Both the position numbers and the translations under genes were made by a program. Shown here one piece after another: positions 25,916-32,982 of a DNA stretch of 41,461 nucleotides. The DNA is from a virus. Where the stretch lies: IMG/VR virus record IMGVR_UViG_3300032144_000027. One strand, given 5' to 3'. A model generated the notes under the pieces. The model worked only from the letters and a program-made list of their open reading frames with translations. It had not been told where the DNA came from and did not search any database. Every line of letters begins with the position of its first letter. Position 1 is the stretch's first letter.

Positions 25916-26063
25916 GCGGCCTTCCGCAGTTCGGGCACTTGTGAATGCAGATGCAATAATGATATCGCCAGCTACAGAACTTGCACTGCTTGATGCGTGG
26001 TGGCGGGTTCATTCTAGCCACCAACGATCAACGCTAGCACAAATCCCAGCCATCCAACCATAG

Positions 26064-26104
26064 CCAGAACCCTGTAAATCTGTATGCAGGTGTTCTGGCT
26101 TTTC
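26064..26104 (+). terminator. Rho-independent terminator of the late (plus-strand) block
   Basis: ccagaaccctg-(12-nt loop)-caggTgttctgg forms an 11-bp stem with one bulge and is followed by cttttc. Confidence 0.55.
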
Positions 26105-26206
26105 ACCTTCGACCTCAGAATGACAATCTCATCGTGCTGCTTAACAATCTTCTCTTTGCAGTATTCAGCGTCCATTTTAGTATGCCTATAGCCTGTGGTG
26201 GTGGTT

Positions 26207-26239
26207 AAAACAGGCCCATGGACGCATCCATTGGGCCTG
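26207..26239 (-). terminator. Rho-independent terminator of the minus-strand operon
   Basis: Read on the minus strand: CAGGCCCAATGGA-TGCG-TCCATGGGCCTG followed by TTTT. It lies 47 nt after the stop of 26286..26540. Confidence 0.65.
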
Positions 26240-26285
26240 TGGCTGGCGCTGCGCGCATACCCTGTATGGGTGTGCAGGCTAGCGC

Positions 26286-26540
26286 CTAGTGCAGCGTGCG
26301 CGCTGCTACAGCGTGTTTCTGGTAGCCCTTAATACTCGCGTTCCAGTCGTCGTTGGCCATTTCGCACAACTGGCAGAGTTCAGCATAGTTTTCCTTAATG
26401 AACTCCTTCAATTCTTCCCTCGGCATTGGGTACTGGTTGCCGCCCAGGAACGCCTCTTCTACAGCAATATCGGGGTCGCGCACCTTAGCGTTCACACAAA
26501 ACATGATATCTTCTACTATTTCACCCTTAATCCGCATCAT
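26286..26540 (-). CDS. Hypothetical protein
   Basis: 84 aa with AAGGAG SD. It is the last gene of the minus-strand operon. Confidence 0.6.
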   Translation of the reverse strand: MMRIKGEIVEDIMFCVNAKVRDPDIAVEEAFLGGNQYPMPREELKEFIKENYAELCQLCEMANDDWNASIKGYQKHAVAARTLH

Positions 26541-26560
26541 AACACAACTCCTTACAGGTG

Positions 26561-26588
26561 GCTGGTGGTACTACCTATAGTACCACCA
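26561..26588. promoter_or_regulatory. Perfect 12-bp-arm palindrome ctggtggtacta-ccta-tagtaccaccag
   Basis: Intercistronic, between 26603..26896 and 26286..26540. Its CTGGT...ACCAG core is shared with the palindrome at the early promoter (38954..38966). Confidence 0.8.
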
Positions 26589-26602
26589 GTAACACGGTTG
26601 AG

Positions 26603-26896
26603 CTACTCTTTAGTATTGGCGATTATGTGCTCTTCTACAAGAAGTAGATAACACCTAAGATCACTAATATCGTCAAGGATCCCAGTAGGATCCACAGCCG
26701 CTTGGAAGATATCATAGCCTTTAGCCTCACATTGAGTTTCGATTCGGTCCCACTTGCGCGCCAACATCATGAAGGCACCGATGCCTCCACGCTTGCGCCA
26801 GCTAGACCCGTAGTCCTTGTCCTTAACAATGAGCGTGGCTACATCATCCTTGCATAGCTCACGTATGCGCTCAAAGCTCGTTAGTACATAGCTCAT
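26603..26896 (-). CDS. DUF1599 / 'nucleotide modification associated domain 1'-like protein (MazG-like all-alpha fold)
   Basis: 97 aa. KDKDYGSSWRKRGGIGAFMMLARKWDRIE matches the K-x-x-DYG...W...G...R-x-x-DK/R-x-R pattern of this family as I recall it. Its start overlaps the upstream stop by 4 nt. Confidence 0.5.
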   Translation of the reverse strand: MSYVLTSFERIRELCKDDVATLIVKDKDYGSSWRKRGGIGAFMMLARKWDRIETQCEAKGYDIFQAAVDPTGILDDISDLRCYLLLVEEHIIANTKE

Positions 26897-27417
26897 TTCA
26901 AGTACCTCGAACGGAAGTCAGAGATCACACACTCGCACTCCAGGCGGTACGCCGGGTCGTGCTCTATGCTATCCTGGATGTAGCCGACATAGCGTTCCCC
27001 AATGGGGATGATATGCTGGTTGCCCATCTTCAGTTCTTCAGTACATTTTAGCAGGCCGTCCAACTTGTCGCACAGGTCCACCAGATGCTTCTCGTCATCA
27101 GTGAGAATGTCGTAGGCCGTGGTAGGGTGGATTTTGGCGATGGCCTCCTCTTCCTTCAGTTGGATCTGGTTCCGTATTTCATGGGGCAGCGCTCGCTTAA
27201 TGTTGCTGGGGATGTCCCCCACGGCGTACTCGCCCATGTCGTGGAGGAGGCCTGCCATCAGGCAGGCTTTGCTGGCCCGACCCTCTGTCAGCACCAGCAT
27301 CAGGTTAACCACGTTGAAGCTGTGCTCGGCCACAGTCTCCTCAGTGATCATACGACACATATGGTAGCGCTTGATGATGCCAGCCTCGCGCGCCAGCTTA
27401 ATTTGATGTAATAGCAT
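26893..27417 (-). CDS. HD-domain 5'-deoxynucleotidase (YfbR-like)
   Basis: Track ORF 26893..27627. The ATG at 27417 has AAGGAGAGGA upstream, giving 174 aa. VAEHSFNV...LLHDMGEYAVGDIPSNIK matches the YfbR H...HD...E..tGD.p.p.K metal-binding signature. Confidence 0.75.
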   Translation of the reverse strand: MLLHQIKLAREAGIIKRYHMCRMITEETVAEHSFNVVNLMLVLTEGRASKACLMAGLLHDMGEYAVGDIPSNIKRALPHEIRNQIQLKEEEAIAKIHPTTAYDILTDDEKHLVDLCDKLDGLLKCTEELKMGNQHIIPIGERYVGYIQDSIEHDPAYRLECECVISDFRSRYLK

Positions 27418-28372
27418 GTTTCCTCTCCTTAGCTCTTTCAAGCCATTCAATTGCCGCCTTCGACCAATCTTCCGCCTCAACACACGAAGCAAGGTAGAGC
27501 GCTTCATTTGCTTCACCATTCTTCCAGGCGTGCCAGCTCTGCACCATCGGGGCCACTGTCCCGTCAAAGAATGGCTCATGGAAGTAGTCAATCTTTCCGT
27601 TGCAGAGGTCAATGCAGTCTTGGTCAAACTCCGCCCAACTGTGGACCAGAGGTTGGGGTTTGGGGTACTGACACCACTCCCAGAGGCCGTTGAAGTTATC
27701 CTCCAACAGGTGGAAGTGCCGCTCGTAGATGTGCAGGTTGGCCGACATGTGATACCAGCGGCCCACCGGCACGCCGATCCGTGCTGCCATATACTCTTGG
27801 AGCATGGTCATATGCACAGCGTTCGCCCCGCACAGACCGAACACCAAGTCGTTACTGCGGTTGGTGATGATGAAGTCCAGCTCCCCCTCCGCCACCCGGC
27901 AGATGATACTCATATTGCAGGGGTAGTCCTTGCTGGTGCCCTCCAAGTCGCTGTAGCCATCCCACATTGCTAGGACGCATCGGCGGTCATCGGGGTTCTT
28001 TTGGAGCTGGCTACAGACTCGTTCAACTTGGTCGTAGCCGAAGTGACGTCGCCAGCGGTGTCCATAAGCGGCGTTGAATGTGAGCCCATCGTCGCTGTAG
28101 GTCATCATGTTCTGGTTAAACTGCCGGACAAACTCAGTGTCGTTACGGCCAGCAATCATCCAGAGGCCTTCTACCAAATGAAAGAAGGGGTTGGCGTTAC
28201 GCTCAGCGTGGAACAGGACTCTTTCGTGCGGGCAACGTACCTCCATAAACAGCGGCTTCATGAGGGAAAGCGCTGGCCCGTTTCGGGTGCTGACAGGCTT
28301 TCCGTAAGCCTTAATCAGCGGCATAAGCCGCTGATAGGCCGAGTTCACATTACGTGTACTCACTTCAAACAT
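27398..28372 (-). CDS. Thymidylate-synthase-family pyrimidine hydroxymethylase homologue (dUMP or dCMP hydroxymethyltransferase-like)
   Basis: 324 aa. ThyA landmarks are present: HLVEGLWMIAG (ELLWF), AYGHRWRRH (YG.QWR), the catalytic PC in DYPCNMS, NRSNDLVFGL (QRSCDVFLGL) and ANLHIYERH (GD.HLY.NH). There is an extra C-terminal extension of roughly 90 aa. Confidence 0.8.
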   Translation of the reverse strand: MFEVSTRNVNSAYQRLMPLIKAYGKPVSTRNGPALSLMKPLFMEVRCPHERVLFHAERNANPFFHLVEGLWMIAGRNDTEFVRQFNQNMMTYSDDGLTFNAAYGHRWRRHFGYDQVERVCSQLQKNPDDRRCVLAMWDGYSDLEGTSKDYPCNMSIICRVAEGELDFIITNRSNDLVFGLCGANAVHMTMLQEYMAARIGVPVGRWYHMSANLHIYERHFHLLEDNFNGLWEWCQYPKPQPLVHSWAEFDQDCIDLCNGKIDYFHEPFFDGTVAPMVQSWHAWKNGEANEALYLASCVEAEDWSKAAIEWLERAKERKHAITSN

Positions 28373-29147
28373 AAATCCTCCGGCGTCCTGGGCTATTAGT
28401 CACATAGCGCATAAACTTCTGAAACTCGCAGAGAGTGTTCTGCAAGTCTTGCATGTGAAACTCTGGTATTTTCCCCCGTACCTCCCACTTCAGGTCCGTT
28501 AGCCGGTCCATGAAGTTGCGCTCCGTAGTGCTGGGGCCGTAGAGGATATCCAATCCCTTCTTGCTCCCCGGCCCCATGACGGCAAAGTCGTACCAGTCTG
28601 GGGCGTAGTGGAGGTGCTGGTCGTTCTTCAGGTCTGCGACAATCTGTCCAGCCAGAAAGCTCCCAAGCCCATCAATTTTCCGTAGACAATCAAAACATTC
28701 ACGGCACGATAGGTTTGAGATGTACGCGTCACGTACTTCTTTGATGAGACGGTCCACGTAATCGATTTTATTGATGCGCTCGCCGCAGGTGCTGACAACA
28801 TAGGCGGTATGGAACACCTTTTCCCCGGCGAACATCTTCGCCTTCAGATGGTCAATTCCCTTGTCCTTGTCGTAGTAGTCACGCACGCTGGGGGCGTAGT
28901 TGAACAGGCGCGCTGCCGTGTAGAACTCTGGACGCTTGTGCATCGCTAGGTCAAGCTCAATACGCAGCGCTCGGAGCTCTTTAGTACCCCGGTCGTCTTC
29001 CCGCCTGTTTTCGCAGAAGTGGTAGTGCTGTAGGATCGGGTCCTTGGTCCACGGCCCTGGGACTCCTGATCGCTTTCTTGTGCCGATAGCCTGCCGCTCG
29101 TTAACGTAATAGATGTACCTTTCAAGCTTGCCTTGATGTATGCTCAC
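28365..29147 (-). CDS. Alpha-glutamyl/putrescinyl-thymine pyrophosphorylase (aGPT-Pplase)-like protein
   Basis: 260 aa. The N-terminal GVPGPWTKDPILQHYHFCENRREDDRGT matches my recollection of the family motif PWT.DPIL..Y.FCN.yRE.Dr.T. It overlaps both neighbouring genes. Confidence 0.5.
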   Translation of the reverse strand: MSIHQGKLERYIYYVNERQAIGTRKRSGVPGPWTKDPILQHYHFCENRREDDRGTKELRALRIELDLAMHKRPEFYTAARLFNYAPSVRDYYDKDKGIDHLKAKMFAGEKVFHTAYVVSTCGERINKIDYVDRLIKEVRDAYISNLSCRECFDCLRKIDGLGSFLAGQIVADLKNDQHLHYAPDWYDFAVMGPGSKKGLDILYGPSTTERNFMDRLTDLKWEVRGKIPEFHMQDLQNTLCEFQKFMRYVTNSPGRRRIYV

Positions 29148-29925
29148 GATATAAGCACCCGAGTTGATACGCCCTCTTCCACTGGACGCGGAAGTCTACG
29201 CGTTTACCACCGAACCAGCCCTTCTTAACCTCCTTTTCAACGACCGTAACTACGTCTGGGAACAGCTCAGCCAGCGCCCTGACCGCGGTCGCTTGCTGCT
29301 CTGGTGTACGATGTAAGGAGCAGCCACCGGGGGCATTGGACGTCCCAATTTGGTCCCAGAACAAGTTGCACCAGATGGCTGTCTTCTCTCCCCGCATCAA
29401 GAGGGTCAAATTCAACACCATGTCGGCCAAGATGGGCCAGTAGTCCGTCTTTATCGGGCCAATCTTGTCCAAGTTTACCGCCTGGAGCGCGTTTATGCGG
29501 GTACACTCCTTTACCCCGATAGGGGCATTGTTCCCCATGGCCCGAGGGTGGAGCCCTACCAGCGGATAGTCATCCAGCATAAGCTCCAGCACTTCCAGGC
29601 TATTGTTGATCTGGGTGGCGTTCGCTGTTATCAATGACTTTGAGTTGCCGGGACTGCGCACGGAGAATCGAAGGTCGTCATCGATAATAAGGATACGGCG
29701 CCCAAGCTCAGGGTAATGACCGTTAACGATAAGATTAAACTTCTCGCTGTACGTGAGAGTTTCCTCTCCCTCGCTGAGGATGTTGACTTCGGGGTGATTC
29801 TTTGCATGGCGTGATACCTCGTCTTTGGGGCAGACAATGTAGGTGTCTGGCCACCAGTCCCAGGGGATGCTCGCTAGGGTGCGAACATTGCCCACCCTGC
29901 CGCGAGTAATTATCGCTATCTTCAT
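29122..29925 (-). CDS. GT-A-like (DxD) glycosyl/nucleotidyl-transferase candidate
   Basis: 267 aa. The ATG at 29925 has AGGAGAGG upstream. It has an N-terminal beta-alpha-beta start (KIAIITRGR) and an ILIIDDDLRF acidic motif. The family assignment is tentative. Confidence 0.4.
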   Translation of the reverse strand: MKIAIITRGRVGNVRTLASIPWDWWPDTYIVCPKDEVSRHAKNHPEVNILSEGEETLTYSEKFNLIVNGHYPELGRRILIIDDDLRFSVRSPGNSKSLITANATQINNSLEVLELMLDDYPLVGLHPRAMGNNAPIGVKECTRINALQAVNLDKIGPIKTDYWPILADMVLNLTLLMRGEKTAIWCNLFWDQIGTSNAPGGCSLHRTPEQQATAVRALAELFPDVVTVVEKEVKKGWFGGKRVDFRVQWKRAYQLGCLYREHTSRQA

Positions 29926-29948
29926 CAAAGTCCTCTCCTAAATGTCAA

Positions 29949-29969
29949 TCGGCCCCATAACGGGGCCGA
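29949..29969 (-). other. Intercistronic GC hairpin
   Basis: tcggcccc-ataac-ggggccga. On the minus strand it is followed by TTGACATTT and the SD of the next gene. Confidence 0.5.
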
Positions 29970-29986
29970 CTGGTGGGGTCCAGCGA

Positions 29987-30520
29987 TCAAGCTGGAGGGG
30001 TGTATGCAGTCACGCTGCAAGCACCATCGCGCAGGTAGAAGCTCAGGAATCCTTTGTCACCACCGGCTTCGAGGTACTCTGCGATGGTTTGACCATCGGC
30101 CATGATAACAGCATACTGGCTTCGTGCTCCTTTATACGCGGCGATCTTGGCCTTCTGTTCTTCGCTGATGTTGATGGTGGAAGCTTCGTGGGTCGGCAGT
30201 CGCCGCACCGCAGGAGCGCGAACAGGCTTAACGGGGATGGGATTACCGGCCTCGTCCAGAAGCTGATTTCCCTGCTCATCGAGCTGATACTCGATCACCT
30301 TGGCTGGCTTCGCTTTCCGTGGTTTGGCCATTTTCACAGGACCCTGGACTTGTGTCCCCTCTTCGTTAAGCAGAGGCGAACCATCTTCATTCCACTGGGG
30401 GTAGAGCTTCGGTTCTTTTGGGGTCTTTTCGCGAGCTTTGCGCTCTTTGGTTGGCTGTACTTCGGCGGGGGTGTCTACGGCTTGGGCTTCGTCAGCGAGG
30501 CCATTTTCATAGTCAGTCAT
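29987..30520 (-). CDS. Hypothetical Lys/Glu/Pro-rich protein with an internal repeat
   Basis: Track ORF 29987..30538 (TTG start); an ATG lies at 30520. The repeat is NEDGSPLLNEEGTQVQGPVK / DEQGNQLLDEAGNPIPVKPV. The opposite-strand ORF 29942..30631 was rejected. Confidence 0.55.
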   Translation of the reverse strand: MTDYENGLADEAQAVDTPAEVQPTKERKAREKTPKEPKLYPQWNEDGSPLLNEEGTQVQGPVKMAKPRKAKPAKVIEYQLDEQGNQLLDEAGNPIPVKPVRAPAVRRLPTHEASTINISEEQKAKIAAYKGARSQYAVIMADGQTIAEYLEAGGDKGFLSFYLRDGACSVTAYTPPA

Positions 30521-30546
30521 TTCAAAGGCACCTATCAAGGGTTAGT

Positions 30547-30575
30547 GGAAAAGAGCCCCCTAAAACTTAGGGGGC
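30547..30575 (-). terminator. Rho-independent terminator after the SNF2 helicase gene
   Basis: Read on the minus strand: GCCCCCTAA-GTT-TTAGGGGGC followed by TCTTTTCC. Confidence 0.65.
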
Positions 30576-30581
30576 AGTATT

Positions 30582-30609
30582 ACTATACCACAATGGCCGT
30601 CCAGAACAA
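30582..30609 (-). promoter_or_regulatory. Sigma70-like promoter TTGTTC-16 nt-TATAGT (minus strand)
   Basis: -35 at 30604..30609 and -10 at 30582..30587, read on the minus strand. It lies immediately upstream of the terminator hairpin. Confidence 0.35.
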
Positions 30610-30616
30610 GCACTAT

Positions 30617-32080
30617 TTACTCCGTGCTTAGGTTATTACGCAATAAGGAAATGAATTCTGATTCCGCCATCTGCTTACTGCGACTGGACTGTAGGATGCT
30701 GCGCTCCACCCCGCAATCCAGCATGATGCGGTAGATCGTTACGCATTCGGCCTTGCTCCCAGGCCGGGCAATGCGCAGATGCGACTGGTAGGTACGCTCC
30801 CAACTGGGGTCTCCCCCAAACCAAATGACGTTGGAGCAGTTGTTCTGCAACCCATCAATCCCAAGTGCTACGGACTGAGGGTGACCCAGCATGAGGGGGA
30901 TGTGACCAGCACTGAACAGATTACAGGTCGCTACCCCAGATCCGACAGAAACTCCCCCACCGACTCTAGGAACGTCGTAACCAAGTCTTCGGTTAATTCT
31001 GTCGAAGTCATGCCGGTAGGCGTATAGGCAGAAGGCGGGCTCGCCATCAAGCTCTGCGAGGATGTTTTCGAGGGCGTCGAGCTTGCCCTCGTGGATGGGG
31101 ATGTAGGTGTTCGGATCGCCCTCCGTATCAATGATGGCTCCTTGGGCAAACTGGCGGAGCTTTCCCCATAGAACACCCGAGTTTGGTGCCATAACCACTG
31201 CGTCACCAAGTACGAGTAGGAACTCCTTCTTAAGCTCATTGTATTTCTCCCGTATGGATGGGGGCATGGGAACCCACACGATGACCTCCATAGTTGGCAT
31301 GTCATCATCGCCTTCAGAGACGATGGTGGTGGGGGCGATTTTTGCTGCAACCCGCTGAGCTGCTCCCGGTAATTCAACATAGCCGAAGCCGCTCTCATCC
31401 GGGCGCATGTACTGGTTGCGGAAGTGAGTGATGAAACGCCCAAGGTCTTTCCCCAGATCAGTGATGTAGCATTGGAAGAAGAGGTTCTCAAGCTTACCGG
31501 GGCGCGGAGTCCCAGTCATGACAACCCGACGGTTGGTGTACTGGAGGTAACATTCCAGGGACTTGGCCCTCAGAGTGTTTGGGTCTTTGAAGGCAGTAGA
31601 CTCATCGCACACCAGCATGACCCTCTTGCCTTCAAACCAAGCGATGGCGTATGGGTTCCCCCTGTAGACCTTGCGCTTGGCACCTGGATTTGTGCATATC
31701 GGCCCAAACTCCGTGCCGATGAGTCCTTCGAAGTTCATCAGGTAGACGTCAACGTCGGACTCCAGCGCTGCCTTGCGCGCCTTTTCCCCGCCATGCACGA
31801 TAGCGAAGGTGAGGTGGGCAAAGTCTGCCCAGTAGTTCATCTGGTGCGGCCAGGAGGTGGTGATAACCCGCAGGGGAGCTATCACCAACATGCAGTCCAC
31901 CATATCCAGCTTCTTAAGTATGTCGTAGACCTTAAGAGCCACCGCTGTCTTCCCTCGCCCGGGCTTCAAGAAAAGCCTGAAGCCTGCTTCCCGTACTCCC
32001 AAGGACATACTTTTCATCTGCAGGGGTCGTGGCTCGAACTTTGGCTTGCACTGTTCGTAGGGCAACATCTGCGTCGTCAT
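30617..32080 (-). CDS. SNF2/DEAD-like superfamily-2 helicase
   Basis: Track ORF 30617..32101 (TTG start). The ATG at 32080 has GAGG 9 nt upstream. The helicase motifs are PLQ, KPGRGKT (I), CDESTAFK (II), MTGTP (III), ALGIDGLQ (V) and HLRIARPGS (VI). Confidence 0.85.
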   Translation of the reverse strand: MTTQMLPYEQCKPKFEPRPLQMKSMSLGVREAGFRLFLKPGRGKTAVALKVYDILKKLDMVDCMLVIAPLRVITTSWPHQMNYWADFAHLTFAIVHGGEKARKAALESDVDVYLMNFEGLIGTEFGPICTNPGAKRKVYRGNPYAIAWFEGKRVMLVCDESTAFKDPNTLRAKSLECYLQYTNRRVVMTGTPRPGKLENLFFQCYITDLGKDLGRFITHFRNQYMRPDESGFGYVELPGAAQRVAAKIAPTTIVSEGDDDMPTMEVIVWVPMPPSIREKYNELKKEFLLVLGDAVVMAPNSGVLWGKLRQFAQGAIIDTEGDPNTYIPIHEGKLDALENILAELDGEPAFCLYAYRHDFDRINRRLGYDVPRVGGGVSVGSGVATCNLFSAGHIPLMLGHPQSVALGIDGLQNNCSNVIWFGGDPSWERTYQSHLRIARPGSKAECVTIYRIMLDCGVERSILQSSRSKQMAESEFISLLRNNLSTE

Positions 32081-32324
32081 GGACTTGTACCTCAAAGCCA
32101 ATATCGCGTAGCAGTTGGTGGATATAGAGCTGAAGCTTCCTGGGTTCTTCCCCGGGCCGCTTGAACTCTATGAAGAGGAAGTTGCCTCCCTCCCACATGA
32201 TTAGTCGGTCTGGCCAGCCCCGACGCCCTTGAAGGTTGAGTTTAAGGGGCACAACAACGATGTTGTGCTCCCTAGCCCATTTGTTCAGGTTTAAGCAGAA
32301 TCGGTTTTCGATCTGCATCTCCAT
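31932..32324 (-). CDS. VRR-NUC domain nuclease
   Basis: Track ORF 31932..32396, with ATGs at 32324 and 32318. GRRGWPDRLIMWEGGNFLFIEFKRPGEEPRKLQ is the VRR-NUC PD...(D/E)xK core. The 3' tail overlaps the helicase start by 149 nt. Confidence 0.7.
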   Translation of the reverse strand: MEMQIENRFCLNLNKWAREHNIVVVPLKLNLQGRRGWPDRLIMWEGGNFLFIEFKRPGEEPRKLQLYIHQLLRDIGFEVQVHDDADVALRTVQAKVRATTPADEKYVLGSTGSRLQAFLEARAREDSGGS

Positions 32325-32331
32325 ATCGTTG

Positions 32332-32982
32332 TTACGGGGCACTTCGGCACTCTCCTCCTGCCCTCCATGATATCGGGCAGTAGCGGCAGGCCTCATGGCT
32401 GGGGGTAGCGGTGTAGACCGTGTCCGCGTTTACAATGTCAATTTGCTCCATCAATTTGACGATTTGGATTTGTCTATCCCCGTTGTTGTATGTACGGGGG
32501 ACCGTGTGTAGAGGTATGTCAAGATACACAAACTCCGTTTGGCATAGAGGGGTGTCGTACTCGTCCATCGCCATGTACATCAGCCCCTGCCCCTCGTGGT
32601 CGGGGTACACCCTCCCTGACTTCCAGTCTAGGATGCGGTGGGTATTCCCCACTGTCAGCTTCAGGTCCGCCTTGCCCCGAGCGTAGGCGTTGGGATCGTC
32701 GAAGCCACAGGGCTTCCAATCCTTGTCTACTGCTAGCGCGGCCTCGGGGCTGGGGTTGAAGATGGTCAGGTTCTCCATGAAGCGCTGCCACGGCTTGAGC
32801 GTGGCGTTGCGCGTTGGATACCGGCCCCCCTTAAAGAACTCCTCCAGCATGGCATGGAGCTCAGTGCCGCGCTTGGCCGACGGGCTATCAGGGGTCCTGT
32901 TCCCCAGGACGTAGCACCAATGCCACAGTTTCGGGCACTTCTTGTAGGTGCTCAGGCTGCTGTAACTCTGTGGGCGCCTCAT
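32332..32982 (-). CDS. PD-(D/E)XK Cas4/RecB-family exonuclease
   Basis: 216 aa. It has an N-terminal Cys (YKKCPKLW), GKADLKL...ILDWKSGR, QGLMYMA, and a C-terminal CRYCPISWRAGGEC cluster. This is the Cas4-type 4-Cys arrangement. Confidence 0.7.
   Translation of the reverse strand: MRRPQSYSSLSTYKKCPKLWHWCYVLGNRTPDSPSAKRGTELHAMLEEFFKGGRYPTRNATLKPWQRFMENLTIFNPSPEAALAVDKDWKPCGFDDPNAYARGKADLKLTVGNTHRILDWKSGRVYPDHEGQGLMYMAMDEYDTPLCQTEFVYLDIPLHTVPRTYNNGDRQIQIVKLMEQIDIVNADTVYTATPSHEACRYCPISWRAGGECRSAP

Noticed and set aside
26014-26175. 53-aa minus-strand ORF with a C-terminal TM helix (MDAEYCKEKIVKQHDEIVILRSKVKSQNTCIQIYRVLAMVGWLGFVLALIVGG) in the convergent gap
   Set aside because: It is attractive as a lysis or tail-anchored protein. 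However, it lies downstream of the minus-strand terminator (26207..26239) with no promoter or good SD. Its TM-coding part coincides with the plus-strand terminator hairpin (26064..26104). It is kept only as a low-probability candidate.
29942-30631. 229-aa plus-strand ORF opposite 29987..30520
   Set aside because: It sits in the middle of a minus-strand operon and runs through a minus-strand terminator and promoter. Its translation is hydrophobic, Gly-rich and lacks motifs. The minus-strand frame shows an internal protein repeat.
31424-32164. 246-aa plus-strand ORF opposite the SNF2 helicase and VRR-NUC genes
   Set aside because: The opposite strand carries complete helicase motifs I-VI, so this is a shadow ORF.
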